Notes: generated by a model from the letters alone, not told the origin. Numbered from the stretch's first letter, positions 18,340 through 28,875 are shown. The stretch: 64,000 nucleotides of DNA from Candidatus Peregrinibacteria bacterium (GCA_043810515.1 JBDRNZ010000027.1:2247-66246), one strand, 5' to 3'. Made by a program: numbers and translations.

Positions 18340-21146
18340 ACGGCCGGGCATATAAGCCTGAAATCGCAGAACTGGCAATGAAGAAAACCAGGAGTGGGAT
18401 GGAAATCGGAAGATTTCAATTCTTTTATAATAGATTCTATTTCATCTTTAAGAGCATCAAGAGTCGCGTCAGTGCGTTCGGTCGAAACTTTCTCATTATC
18501 CTCAATATAATAAAGTGTAAGCTTCGAAACCGGAATTTTAAAAATATCCCTGCATGCCAGCGCGTAAATAGAAAGCTGGAGATCTTTCTTTAAGTTCAGG
18601 TGGCTCGGCACATGGCCTGTCTTATAATCAATCACCTCATAAGTTCCGTCGGCAAGTTTATCAATCCTATCAATTCGCCCGTTCAGGACATAATTTCCGA
18701 TTTTTACGTTAAAAGATCTCTCAAGATACGCCGGTATCATCCACGGATCCTTATTCGCGTCATAAAAATTCTTCAAAACGGAAAGGCCTTTCTCCTTTCT
18801 GACATCTTCATGTTTTTTGCTCTCATATCCGTACGGAATCCAGTTTCTTTCGTAAGCGGCCTCCATCAGCCCGAAATCCGCGGTTTCGCCGCTTTTGAGA
18901 AGCGTGAAAAAATCTTTCAGTGTGTTATGTACGCTTGTTCCAAAATTCGAGGCGTGTGATGGCGGAACCGGCACTTTCATGACATATCTGTAATTATATT
19001 TGAGCGGACATACTTTGAAAGTGTAGATTTTCGAATAACTCATCCGGTTGGTTTTTTCGGAAGGCAGATTGAATATAGGTTTGTCCGGTTTTTTGAATTC
19101 TTTGAGTTTCTGAATTACGTCCGCGGTTTCCTCATGATCCGTTCTGATTGATTTTCCGCTTTCCTCAACCTCATCGATAAAAGGGGACTGTTTCCACTTT
19201 TTCTTTCCCTCATAAAAATCGCTGAAAGTTATAAAAAGCCTTTTTTTGGCGCGCGTCATGGCGACATAAAAAAGTCGTCTTTCTTCCTGAATATAAGCGT
19301 CGCCTTCCGGATAAATTTCTTTCGTGAGCTCTGGTGGAATTTCAAAAGGATCGCGTTTTTTGGAATTTGGAAACCGCTGACTTACAACATTCGCGATAAA
19401 AACATAATCAAATTCCAGTCCCTTCGCGCCATGAGCCGTCAGAATCTGCACGCAGTCTCTGTCCGCAAATTCGCCGGCCGACAAAGTTGAGCTCGCTTCC
19501 TGAAGAAGATTTACATAGTTCACAAAATCTTCGACGGATTTTTCGTCATTTTCCCTTTCAAATCTCTTGATCTGCTTTGCGAACTCGTTAATATTTCCAA
19601 TTTCCTCATACATATCATTTTTAACCAGATGCTCAAGATATCCGGATTCTTTCAAGAACTCATTTAAAACAAGCCCGATTGAATTTTTCTTGGAAAATTC
19701 AATAAGGCGCGTCATTAGATCAAAAATTTTCATAATCTGAGCCTCGGCGCCCGGAATAACGGCATTCCCGCCCTGAAATTCCTTTTTCAGGTGGAAAAAT
19801 ATATTTTGTTTGTTGGATTTTGAAATAAGATCAAGAATCTCAGCCATAGCGATCCCGAAAACGTCCATTTTTAAAATTCTCAGAAACGCGATGTCGTTTT
19901 TTGGATCTGAAAGAAACAAAGCAGCCGCAACAAGATCTTTTACTTCCTCAAGCCCGAGAAGTCCTTTTGGATTTCTAACCTGATAGGGGATTCCCAGCGC
20001 CTTAAATTCATCAATAAACGGATGGGTATGACTATTTGACCGCACCAGAATTGCGATTTTTTCAAATGGAACGTCCTCATTTTTATGCAAAAAATCTATT
20101 TTTGAAGCCGCAAAAACGGATTCCTCTATGAAATTTGGGAAATGGTGAATTTCAACGGGTTCATTTTCCTTAACATTGCATTTAAGCTTTTTGCTTATGC
20201 CGGAGCGGACTTCAAGTCTATCAGGATTATTGTACTGAATCAGCCCGTACGCGCTGTCCAGAATATCAGCGGAGCTTCTGTAGTTTTCAAGCAGGACAAC
20301 TTTTTTATGATCCGGAAATTTCTCCTGAAATTTAAGGATATTACTCAGACTCGCGCCGCGCCATTTGTAAATACTTTGATCATCGTCGCCGACTGCGAAA
20401 ATATTTCCGTGGGCGGCGGCAAGAAGCGTTACAAGTTTGAATTGCGCGTAATTTGTATCCTGGAATTCATCCACGAAAATATATTTATATTTGTTTTGGT
20501 ACTCGGCCAAAACAGATTTTCTTTTTTCAAAAAGCTCAATGACTCTATAGGTCAGATCACCAAAATCCAGATAGTTGTTTTTTATCGCAAGATCCTGGTA
20601 AGTTTTGTACGCTTTAGCAATTTCACGCATTTTAACGCCCTCCTCGCCATCAAGACCGGCGGCGTACTCATTATAAGCCTCTGGCGTTATAAGTTCGTCC
20701 TTGAGCCGGCTGAAATGCTGTATAAGCGAATAAATAAAACGATTCGGATTTCCGAGCGGCCTGTAATAATCAAGATCAAAGGAAAAAAGATTTTTTTTGA
20801 AGAAAAACCACTGATCCACCTGTGACAAAATCTTGAAACCCGGATCTATTCCGGCTTCCACGCCCGCTTCCCGTAAAATTTTTTCGGAAAATGAATGAAA
20901 GGTTTTTAGGCAGAGCTCTTCGTAGCCTATTGGCATCGCCTGGTCGATTCTTTCGACCATTTCATTCGCGGCTTTATCTGTAAAAGTCAGCGCAAGAATT
21001 TCATCGGATCGCGCAACTCCCGAAGTTATAAGACGAACTATCCTTTCGGTTATTACACGCGTTTTACCGCTTCCGGCCCCTGCGACAACAAGCATGGGGC
21101 CGTTATCGTGATTAACGGCTTTGAGTTGTTCGGAATTGAGTTCCAT
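18336..21146 (-). CDS. UvrD/PcrA-type SF1 helicase fused to a C-terminal PD-(D/E)XK (RecB/Cas4-like) nuclease domain with a Cys cluster
   Basis: AGAGSGKT Walker A, VDEFQDTN, YRS and TAHGAKGLEFD helicase motifs. The C-terminal region carries CPLKY...GRIDRID...DYKT...HCQFCDFRLICP. Confidence 0.88.
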   Translation of the reverse strand: MELNSEQLKAVNHDNGPMLVVAGAGSGKTRVITERIVRLITSGVARSDEILALTFTDKAANEMVERIDQAMPIGYEELCLKTFHSFSEKILREAGVEAGIDPGFKILSQVDQWFFFKKNLFSFDLDYYRPLGNPNRFIYSLIQHFSRLKDELITPEAYNEYAAGLDGEEGVKMREIAKAYKTYQDLAIKNNYLDFGDLTYRVIELFEKRKSVLAEYQNKYKYIFVDEFQDTNYAQFKLVTLLAAAHGNIFAVGDDDQSIYKWRGASLSNILKFQEKFPDHKKVVLLENYRSSADILDSAYGLIQYNNPDRLEVRSGISKKLKCNVKENEPVEIHHFPNFIEESVFAASKIDFLHKNEDVPFEKIAILVRSNSHTHPFIDEFKALGIPYQVRNPKGLLGLEEVKDLVAAALFLSDPKNDIAFLRILKMDVFGIAMAEILDLISKSNKQNIFFHLKKEFQGGNAVIPGAEAQIMKIFDLMTRLIEFSKKNSIGLVLNEFLKESGYLEHLVKNDMYEEIGNINEFAKQIKRFERENDEKSVEDFVNYVNLLQEASSTLSAGEFADRDCVQILTAHGAKGLEFDYVFIANVVSQRFPNSKKRDPFEIPPELTKEIYPEGDAYIQEERRLFYVAMTRAKKRLFITFSDFYEGKKKWKQSPFIDEVEESGKSIRTDHEETADVIQKLKEFKKPDKPIFNLPSEKTNRMSYSKIYTFKVCPLKYNYRYVMKVPVPPSHASNFGTSVHNTLKDFFTLLKSGETADFGLMEAAYERNWIPYGYESKKHEDVRKEKGLSVLKNFYDANKDPWMIPAYLERSFNVKIGNYVLNGRIDRIDKLADGTYEVIDYKTGHVPSHLNLKKDLQLSIYALACRDIFKIPVSKLTLYYIEDNEKVSTERTDATLDALKDEIESIIKELKSSDFHPTPGFLHCQFCDFRLICPAV

Positions 21147-21158
21147 TTATTTGATTCT

Positions 21159-22397
21159 CTACTCCTCCTCAGGCGATTCGGTTTTCTCTTCGATTTTCTC
21201 TTCAACGTCATCAGATTTCTCCTCAGCCTTCTCGGATTCTTCAGATTCCGTGGCCTTCTCAGCTTCTGCGGCTTTTTCGGTTTTCTTTTTTGACGATTTT
21301 TTGGGTTTTTCAGTCAGAGCCTTGATGGAAAGGGCGACTCTATGGTCATCGGGATCTATACTGATTATTTTTGCTTTTACTTTATCGCCGACCTTCAGAG
21401 CTTCAGACGCATCACTTATTTCTTCGGAAGTTATCTCGCTTACATGAATAAGTCCGTTGATTTCATCATCAAGTTTTACAAAAGCCCCGAAAGGCGTGAT
21501 TCTGTTGATTTCACCCTCGATAACAGTGCCGATTTTATATTTCTTTGTAGCTTCAATCCACGGATCGGGAACAAGTCTTTTCATCGAAAGACTGATTTTG
21601 TCTTTTTCTTTGCCGATAATCAGAATATCAACTATGTCTCCGATTTTTCCGTAATCATGCGGATCCTTCACGTGTCCCCAGGCAATTTCGGAAATATGGA
21701 CAAGCCCTTCAAGCCCCTCAAAAGTGACAAATATACCGAATTTTACGATACCGCTTATTTTTCCTTTTACTTTCTGGCCGACTTCAAGCTTGTCAAAAGC
21801 CTCGTCTCTCTTAACTTCTTCCGCGGCTTTTTCAGATAAAATCAGTTTTCCGCCGTCACGATCAAGATTTATAACTTTCACCATCAAAGGTATACCGACC
21901 AGTTTTTGCAGTCTGTTTAAAATCTCATTGCTGTCAGCACCGTCAACACGTGGATAGTGCAGTGGAGCCAGCTGTGAGACGGGGATAAATCCTTTTATAT
22001 CATCAACACTCAAAAGAAGACCTCCTTTATTGGCTTCATTCGTAACAACTTCAATAACTTTGGAATTTTCATATGCGTCAATAAAATTATTCCATGCTTT
22101 CTCCTGGCTTGCCTTTCGAAGCGAAAGAACAACAAGCCCGTCTTCGTTTTCCTCCTCAAGAATATAAGCGGAAACATGATCGCCCGGCTTCAGGCTTTTT
22201 AAAGTTCCCACGCTGTCATGAGCCTCGTGGCCGGTAATTATTCCCGTTGAAATTCCGTCAAGATCAACCAGAGCTTTATTTTTTGAAACCGAAACTACGG
22301 TTCCATCGACCAAAGTGCCCGGAATGGGCTTTTTAATTTCGTGATGTCCCTTTAAAAGCTGCTCCATTAAAGGACTATCGACATATATATTGGACAT
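21159..22397 (-). CDS. rpsA: 30S ribosomal protein S1
   Basis: Repeated S1 OB-fold units (G.V..V....A.VDL.G..G, GFIP.SQ, GLVHISE, GLIHVSE). Lys/Glu-rich C-terminal tail. Confidence 0.9.
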   Translation of the reverse strand: MSNIYVDSPLMEQLLKGHHEIKKPIPGTLVDGTVVSVSKNKALVDLDGISTGIITGHEAHDSVGTLKSLKPGDHVSAYILEEENEDGLVVLSLRKASQEKAWNNFIDAYENSKVIEVVTNEANKGGLLLSVDDIKGFIPVSQLAPLHYPRVDGADSNEILNRLQKLVGIPLMVKVINLDRDGGKLILSEKAAEEVKRDEAFDKLEVGQKVKGKISGIVKFGIFVTFEGLEGLVHISEIAWGHVKDPHDYGKIGDIVDILIIGKEKDKISLSMKRLVPDPWIEATKKYKIGTVIEGEINRITPFGAFVKLDDEINGLIHVSEITSEEISDASEALKVGDKVKAKIISIDPDDHRVALSIKALTEKPKKSSKKKTEKAAEAEKATESEESEKAEEKSDDVEEKIEEKTESPEEE

Positions 22398-22519
22398 ATA
22401 GCCTTATTCTGACAGAACGTTTAATATATATTTGCTTTTTGCCGTATGCGGCTGTTCTGTCAATAAAATTACCTGCAACTCAAAAAGCAGGAAGATTATA
22501 TGGATACGATGCCGACAAG

Positions 22520-25105
22520 TCAAGGCTTAACCAAGTCAAGAGTCTTACCTTTTTTTACGATCTTAACCTTGTCTCCTTCTTTAAATTCCTCGTCCAGGAA
22601 TTTTGCGGTCAAAGGATCCTCAATCATATCCTGTATGGCTCTTCGCACCGGCCTTGCACCGTATTTCGGATCATAACTTGCGAGAGAAAGGACATCTAAC
22701 GCTCCGGACGTTACGTCCAGTTTTATGTTTTTCTGGTTCAGCCTATCCTGAAGATAACCCAAGTGAAGTTTTACGATATTTTTAATATTATCATTGGTAA
22801 GTGCGTGGAAAACAACCACTTTATCAATTCTGTTCAAGAATTCCGGCCTAAAATTATCCTTAAGATCTTTCAAAATATCATCTTTCATTGCCTCAAAATC
22901 CTCCATTGCTTTCTTTTGCTCATCGGTTGTTGTGGAAAATCCTATTGGGGCGGCTTTTTCGGTCAATTTTTTTGCGCCGATATTCGAAGTCATAATGATA
23001 ATCGTATTTTTGAAATCGACTTTTCTTCCTTTTGCGTCAGTAAGTTCGCCGTCCTCGAGAATTTGCAGTAAAAGATTGAACACATCCGGATGGGCTTTTT
23101 CAATTTCGTCAAACAAAATCACACTGTAAGGTTTTGTCCTTACGGCTTCGGTAAGCTGGCCGCCTTCTTCATAGCCGACATATCCGGCCGTAGCCCCTAC
23201 GAGCCTTGAAGTATTATGCCTTTCCATGAATTCGCTCATATCGATCTTTATAAGTGAGTTCCTGTCGTTGAAAATCTCCTCAGCAAGAGCCTTTACCAGC
23301 TCGGTTTTTCCGACACCTGTGGGTCCCATAAATATAAATGAACCAATAGGTCTCTTTTCATCGGCAAATCCCGCCCGCGACCTTCTTATGGCCTTCGAAA
23401 CAGCCTCAATCGCTTCATCCTGTCCGATAATTCGTTTTTTCAATGCGGACTCAAGCGATTTTAGTTTTGAAAAATCATCTTTTACAAGCCTTGTAACGGG
23501 AACGCCGGTCATTGTTGAAACGATCTCGGCGATACTGTCTTCGGTGACTTTTTCGCGCTTTTCCCGCGGAATTTTTATAAAACGCTGTTCTTCAATTTTT
23601 TTGACAAGATCAAGCTCTTCGTTTCGCAGTTCGGCAGCCTTTTCATAATCCTGCCTCGACACGCAATCTTCTTTTTTCTTTATAACATTCGAAAGTTTTT
23701 TCTGAAGTTTTCTGATTTTATCACTGTTTTCCGTGGTTTTCATGCGTTTTTTTGCAGCAGCTTCATCGATAAGGTCTATCGCTTTATCCGGCAAAAAGCG
23801 ATCATTAATATACCTTTTTGACAATTTTACAGCCGCCAAAAGCGCATCATCGGTTATAAGCAGGTTATGATGATCTTCAAAAGATTCTCTGATTCCTTTA
23901 AGAATTGTTAAAGTGTCGTCAAAATCCGTCTCTTTTATGAGGACGTGCTGAAATCTGCGTTCAAGGGCCGCATCTTTTTCAATATTTTTACGGTATTCGT
24001 GCGTTGTCGTCGCGCCGATAACCTGAACTTTTCCTCTTGATAAAGCCGGCTTTAAAATATTTGCAGCATCAAGACTTCCTTCTGCGCTTCCAGCGCCCAT
24101 AACCGTATGAAGTTCATCAATAAACAGGATAACATTGTCCTGCGAAGCTGCTTCTTCGAGGATCTGTTTTATTCTTTCCTCAAACTCGCCTCTGTATTTT
24201 GTTCCGGCAACAACGGAAGCCATTGAAAGTGAAAGTATTTTCTTGTCGAGCATCGTATTTGGAACTTTTTCATTAGCAATAGCCTCGGCAAGTCCTTCGC
24301 ATACGGCTGTTTTTCCGACACCTGATTCTCCTATGAGAACGGGATTATTTTTTGTTTTTCTGGACAAAATACTTATCATGCGTTCGATTTCCATACTTCT
24401 GCCGATAATTGGGTCAAGTTTGCCCTGCCTGGCTTCCTCGACAAGATCGGTCGTAAAATAATCCAGAGCCGGTGTACCGCTTTTTTTAGCATTTTTACTC
24501 TTCTTTTTATAAGTTTCCTCGTCTTTTTGCTGGCCACTCAAGACCCCCTGAAGTCCGGTAAGAAAAAATTCAATCGGATTTACCATTTGTTGATTCTTTG
24601 GAGGCATCTGCGCCGAAGCGACGTTTGAATCCTGTTGCGGATAGTTTTTTGCCCGTTCAAATACTTCAAGAATTTGTTCTTTAACATCGGAAGGGGACAC
24701 TTTCATGTTTTCAAGAATAACTGTCGCGGCGGTATTGTCCTGGGACACAAGAGCATAAAGAAAATGCTCCGTGCCTACAAATGAATGTCCGAATTCATGG
24801 GCGGCCTTCACTGCGTTCTCGATGGCTTCTTTTGCAAAACCGCTCAAACCGCCTGAACTGCCGGAAGTTCCACGTTGTGGATTTGCTCTTCCCACTGTCT
24901 TTAAAACCAGATTAACATTATCAAGAGACACGCCGAAATTTAGGAGTATAGACGCACCAAGTGAATTTTCCTGGGAAAGAATACCTATAAGAACATGTTC
25001 AGTCCCCACATAGCTTAGTCTTGCCTCTTTTGCCATTTCTTGAGCTACGATAAGCGCCCGCTTTGCTTCCTTTGTAAACTTGTCGAAGTGGTCAAATTCT
25101 TTCAT
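22520..25105 (-). CDS. clpC: ATP-dependent Clp protease ATP-binding subunit ClpC (class I AAA+)
   Basis: Two Clp N-repeats and two Walker A boxes (GESGVGKTAV, GPTGVGKTEL). UVR-like linker (DYEKAAELRNEE) and an IGF loop (APIGFS), which favour ClpC over ClpB. Confidence 0.9.
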   Translation of the reverse strand: MKEFDHFDKFTKEAKRALIVAQEMAKEARLSYVGTEHVLIGILSQENSLGASILLNFGVSLDNVNLVLKTVGRANPQRGTSGSSGGLSGFAKEAIENAVKAAHEFGHSFVGTEHFLYALVSQDNTAATVILENMKVSPSDVKEQILEVFERAKNYPQQDSNVASAQMPPKNQQMVNPIEFFLTGLQGVLSGQQKDEETYKKKSKNAKKSGTPALDYFTTDLVEEARQGKLDPIIGRSMEIERMISILSRKTKNNPVLIGESGVGKTAVCEGLAEAIANEKVPNTMLDKKILSLSMASVVAGTKYRGEFEERIKQILEEAASQDNVILFIDELHTVMGAGSAEGSLDAANILKPALSRGKVQVIGATTTHEYRKNIEKDAALERRFQHVLIKETDFDDTLTILKGIRESFEDHHNLLITDDALLAAVKLSKRYINDRFLPDKAIDLIDEAAAKKRMKTTENSDKIRKLQKKLSNVIKKKEDCVSRQDYEKAAELRNEELDLVKKIEEQRFIKIPREKREKVTEDSIAEIVSTMTGVPVTRLVKDDFSKLKSLESALKKRIIGQDEAIEAVSKAIRRSRAGFADEKRPIGSFIFMGPTGVGKTELVKALAEEIFNDRNSLIKIDMSEFMERHNTSRLVGATAGYVGYEEGGQLTEAVRTKPYSVILFDEIEKAHPDVFNLLLQILEDGELTDAKGRKVDFKNTIIIMTSNIGAKKLTEKAAPIGFSTTTDEQKKAMEDFEAMKDDILKDLKDNFRPEFLNRIDKVVVFHALTNDNIKNIVKLHLGYLQDRLNQKNIKLDVTSGALDVLSLASYDPKYGARPVRRAIQDMIEDPLTAKFLDEEFKEGDKVKIVKKGKTLDLVKP

Positions 25106-25219
25106 AAGGTTTTAAATTAATTTTTATTTCCAATCATTCTACCATAAAACTCAATTTCCTTGAATGCCCATTATCAACTTCAACTTTACTCAGTAGAGAA
25201 TAATTGTATGTTATCTTCG

Positions 25220-25246
25220 TTAGCACTCGTTATTATAGAGTGCTAA
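25220..25246. promoter_or_regulatory. CIRCE operator (HrcA binding site), perfect consensus
   Basis: TTAGCACTC-gttattata-GAGTGCTAA, which equals TTAGCACTC-N9-GAGTGCTAA. It lies 115 nt upstream of the clpC ATG. Confidence 0.85.
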
Positions 25247-25323
25247 TGTTCCGTTGTCAATTCAAATCAAGCAGATCTTTTTCCGCGTCAACTGTCGGCC
25301 TGGAAAGCCATGATCTGGTTAGT

Positions 25324-26532
25324 TTATTCACTTGCGGCTTCTATAGGTGTAATACTGTCAGCCATTATCAGGGTAATGTCTTCATAGTCCCTGCTTCCGC
25401 TTACTTTATAATTCTGGCCGTCGACCGTAACGTATATACTGACACCGCCTGATTCATAAACTTTCATGCCGCTGCCGTTTGATAGATTAAGTTTTTCGCC
25501 GTTCGGAATATTGCCGGATATAACGTCAAGAGAAATAAGTTCATTGTCGTCCGTCACGGATTCATCACTAAAAGCATAATGATGGATAACGTTCTCAGCG
25601 GTTCCTTTTGTGCCGGCGTAATACCAGTTTGAAGGATATTTTGCGCTGAAATGAAGAAGAAGGCTCTCAAAAGAGGTAAATTCCATGTCGATCACGGGAG
25701 TGGGAATAGGTTCATCAACATTTTCAGGATTGGCGTTTTCAAGACCTGCATCTTCAAGCGAGCCGTCAGAAACGGTAAATCCGGTAAATTGAAATTCGGA
25801 AACCATTTCATTGAAAATCATTTTATTCGAAGCTTTGAAGTTTTCGGAAGGTTCGAAAGAAATTCGATAAACAAAGCCGCTCCTGTAAACGTAATAATCA
25901 GTCATCTCGTCATTTTCAACCTTAACCGCGCTCATCGCGTCAACGCCGATTTTACTCATATCGTAATTATCGACTTCGGGATGCCTTTCAGACATGAAAA
26001 CTGACAAAGTGTCGTTCTCGCCCATATCGTTTGCTGTATATGCAAAAGCAAACTGCGAAATTTTCACATCATCACTTGAATTTTCGTTTTCCGCCTTTGG
26101 AGCGGCAAAAATAATAGTGTCATTACTCTCATCAAGATCCCAGTCATTGTAATATTTCAGCTGAATGCCAAAATCGGTGTTTTTATAACTAACCAGCATA
26201 GTTTCGGCTGAAGCTTCTGACAAAACTTCGATAACGGATATTCCGGTAACCTCAAATACCGAATCCTCGTCGATAAATCCGATCACCTGAACTTTATTTT
26301 CAAGATATTTCTGCCCGGAAAGATTTATGGCGAGACTGCGTAGCGGAGTTGAGACACCTTCATCATCGGTAAGAAGATGAGTTCCTAAAACATCATCACC
26401 TGGAAGCTGTTCCGTTAAGATACCGGTCAATGTCTCAACTGCGGGCTCTTCATTTCCAATACTTCCGCCGCAGCCGGTAAGAGCCAACGATACACAAAGA
26501 ACTATGCTTAAACCCAAAGCTTTAATTTTCAT
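25324..26532 (-). CDS. Lipoprotein, function unknown
   Basis: Signal peptide with lipobox MKIKALGLSIVLCVSLALTGC. No recognised domain. Confidence 0.8.
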   Translation of the reverse strand: MKIKALGLSIVLCVSLALTGCGGSIGNEEPAVETLTGILTEQLPGDDVLGTHLLTDDEGVSTPLRSLAINLSGQKYLENKVQVIGFIDEDSVFEVTGISVIEVLSEASAETMLVSYKNTDFGIQLKYYNDWDLDESNDTIIFAAPKAENENSSDDVKISQFAFAYTANDMGENDTLSVFMSERHPEVDNYDMSKIGVDAMSAVKVENDEMTDYYVYRSGFVYRISFEPSENFKASNKMIFNEMVSEFQFTGFTVSDGSLEDAGLENANPENVDEPIPTPVIDMEFTSFESLLLHFSAKYPSNWYYAGTKGTAENVIHHYAFSDESVTDDNELISLDVISGNIPNGEKLNLSNGSGMKVYESGGVSIYVTVDGQNYKVSGSRDYEDITLIMADSITPIEAASE

Positions 26533-26577
26533 GAATTTAGATTAAATAACAGGGAAGATTATACTAAACATTTAAAA

Positions 26578-27612
26578 TTATTTCAAAGGCTTCGCGGAGT
26601 TTATTCCCATATGTTCATAAGCTTTATCAGTAACAAGCCGACCGCGCGACGTTCTCTCTAAAAAACCCGCCTGAATCAAAAATGGTTCGTAAATATCCTC
26701 AATAGTGGATTGCTCTTCGGACGTAGCTGCCGCAAGAGTATTCAATCCAACCGGTCCGCCTCCAAATTTATCAATAATAATCGACAATAGTTCGCGGTCA
26801 GTGCTGTCGAGACCTACTTTATCTATACCAATTGCCATGAGAGCATTTGTCAAAACATCATTGTCGATAATGGATTCATGATTAACATCGGCATAATCAC
26901 GAACGCGTTTTAGTAGACGATTTGCGATTCGGGGCGTATTTCGGCATGACTTTGCAAGAATTTCAGACGCACTTTCGGAAATCCGGCATTTTAAAACCGC
27001 CGCCGAACGTAAAATAACCTGTTTTATATCATCGTCAGTATAAAATTGCAGTTTAAAAACATTCCCAAACCGCCCCCTTAAAGGCGACGAAAGCATACTC
27101 ATCTTGGTAGTTGCGCCGATGAGCGTAAAATGAGGCAGATTTATACGCATATTTCTGGCGGAAGGTCCTTTTCCGATAATGATATCTATTCCAAAGTCCT
27201 CCATTGCGGTATACAAAACCTCCTCAACCACAGGCTTCAGGCGATGGATTTCATCTATAAAGAGCACATCATGATTTTCAAGATTTGAAATGATTGAGGC
27301 GATATCGCCTTGTTTTTCCAAAGCCGGCCCTGAAGTAATCTTGATATTCACATTCATTTCTTTGGCAATAATATTTGCCAGAGTGGTTTTTCCCAGACCG
27401 GGTGACCCGTGAAGAAGAACATGATCAATACATTCTCCACGTTTTTTTGCAGCCTCAATAGCAATTTTTAGATTATCTTTTAAATTTTGCTGCCCGATAA
27501 ATTCATCAAGAGTTTTTGGCCTGAGTTTATTCTCAAACTGCACCATTTTACCGGGAACGGGCGATAAAATTTTTTCCTTATTTTCCCTGTTGTCCTTTTC
27601 GCTTTGTATCAT
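26578..27612 (-). CDS. ruvB: Holliday junction branch migration helicase RuvB
   Basis: GSPGLGKTTLANIIA, IDEIHRL and a C-terminal winged helix. 344 aa. Confidence 0.95.
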   Translation of the reverse strand: MIQSEKDNRENKEKILSPVPGKMVQFENKLRPKTLDEFIGQQNLKDNLKIAIEAAKKRGECIDHVLLHGSPGLGKTTLANIIAKEMNVNIKITSGPALEKQGDIASIISNLENHDVLFIDEIHRLKPVVEEVLYTAMEDFGIDIIIGKGPSARNMRINLPHFTLIGATTKMSMLSSPLRGRFGNVFKLQFYTDDDIKQVILRSAAVLKCRISESASEILAKSCRNTPRIANRLLKRVRDYADVNHESIIDNDVLTNALMAIGIDKVGLDSTDRELLSIIIDKFGGGPVGLNTLAAATSEEQSTIEDIYEPFLIQAGFLERTSRGRLVTDKAYEHMGINSAKPLK

Positions 27613-28092
27613 CTACACATCTTTTACATGATAAATAAACTGCCGTATAGACTCGGGATCGGGAGCATTGATAAAGTTTATAATTACGGAAGAGGATGCG
27701 GTCTCCAGTCGCATCAATCCGTAATCAAAAATCCAGAAAGTTGCCAGAATACCTCTTTCCTCAGTCCTGACATCCTGGATATCATCCAAAAGCGCCTCAG
27801 CCTCATCCCTAACGGTCAAATATTTCCAGTTAACAAATATGATGCGCTGACTTGTAATGATAAGCTTATCAAGCCAGTAAATCAGGGAAACATAAACAAC
27901 GACCAGGGCAAAAATAAAAAAAACAATCAGATTGGCGACAAGAAACCCTTTGTTTGACAAAATCGACTGAAATAAAAAAATCAGCAGAAAAAACGGAAAA
28001 GAACCAATTATCACTTTAATAAGCTGCCCCACAAAAGGCAGCGGATGATGATGATAAACCTTTAAAATTTGTTCCCCTTCACGCAGCTGCAT
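27613..28092 (-). CDS. Membrane protein with a bacterial PH (bPH_2/YdbT-like) domain
   Basis: Two TM helices followed by a short soluble domain. The N-terminal L.EGE.I pattern is typical of bPH_2 proteins. Abuts the ruvB start. Confidence 0.6.
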   Translation of the reverse strand: MQLREGEQILKVYHHHPLPFVGQLIKVIIGSFPFFLLIFLFQSILSNKGFLVANLIVFFIFALVVVYVSLIYWLDKLIITSQRIIFVNWKYLTVRDEAEALLDDIQDVRTEERGILATFWIFDYGLMRLETASSSVIINFINAPDPESIRQFIYHVKDV

Positions 28093-28119
28093 AAAACTTG
28101 TAAAATAATTTGCGGTACA

Positions 28120-28875
28120 ATGTCATTCTATCTTATGAAAAAGTATTTTCAAGCACCGTGGAGCATAAAGGACATATTAATCGTGTTTTCTGTAATAATG
28201 GCCGCGACTATCGCGGCCGGCGCCGGAATGTACATATTTGATGCAAAAAACTATATCGAGGAGTCAAAATACAGGATTTTTATACTTTTTGGAATATTTT
28301 TATTGCAATGGCTGATAATTTTTGTGCCGCTTATCGCGATTACAGTTTTAAAATACAAATTAAAATTCAGGCATTTCGGATTCAAAAAAACGGGAATATG
28401 GAAAATATTAGAATTCGTCATTGGAGGTTACGTAATATATTTGGGAATAAACATCATCCTAACTCTGATAATCTTATATGCAGGCTTTAAAATCCCAGGC
28501 TACCAGCTTCAGGAAAAAATTCTACCTGTATTTGGCGACGGAACGGTAAATCTTGTGGTAGCGGGAATTATCCTGGTTTTGGTGGCACCGGTTCTGGAGG
28601 AAATATTTTTCAGAGGATTTCTGCTACGTTCATTGACAAATAAAATAGGGGCAATATACGGAACTGTATTTACAGCTGTCATTTTTGCGATTTTCCATAT
28701 GCAATGGCAGAGCATAATTCCTATATTCATACTTGGACTTATAATCAACGCAATGGTAATAAAGACCAGGTCAATCTGGCCGGGTATATATTTTCATATA
28801 TTTAATAACGCGATTGCGTTTACTCTGGAAATACTGATATTAAAAGAGGTTGTACCTTTGGATAGTGTTGTTTAA
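28120..28875 (+). CDS. CPBP-family intramembrane glutamic endopeptidase (CAAX protease/Abi-like)
   Basis: Motifs EEIFFRGFLL, FAIFHM and HIFNN in a polytopic membrane protein. The start is uncertain (ATG 28120 or 28135; the track ORF begins at TTG 28069). Confidence 0.8.
   Translation: MSFYLMKKYFQAPWSIKDILIVFSVIMAATIAAGAGMYIFDAKNYIEESKYRIFILFGIFLLQWLIIFVPLIAITVLKYKLKFRHFGFKKTGIWKILEFVIGGYVIYLGINIILTLIILYAGFKIPGYQLQEKILPVFGDGTVNLVVAGIILVLVAPVLEEIFFRGFLLRSLTNKIGAIYGTVFTAVIFAIFHMQWQSIIPIFILGLIINAMVIKTRSIWPGIYFHIFNNAIAFTLEILILKEVVPLDSVV

Noticed and set aside
20142-20825. 227-aa antisense ORF inside the helicase gene, along with the many other 60-190-aa antisense or overlapping ORFs in the track
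   Set aside because: They sit opposite or out of frame within strongly supported genes. They have low-complexity, Phe/Ile/Leu/Arg-rich compositions and no motifs, and the AT-rich antisense strands lack stops by chance.
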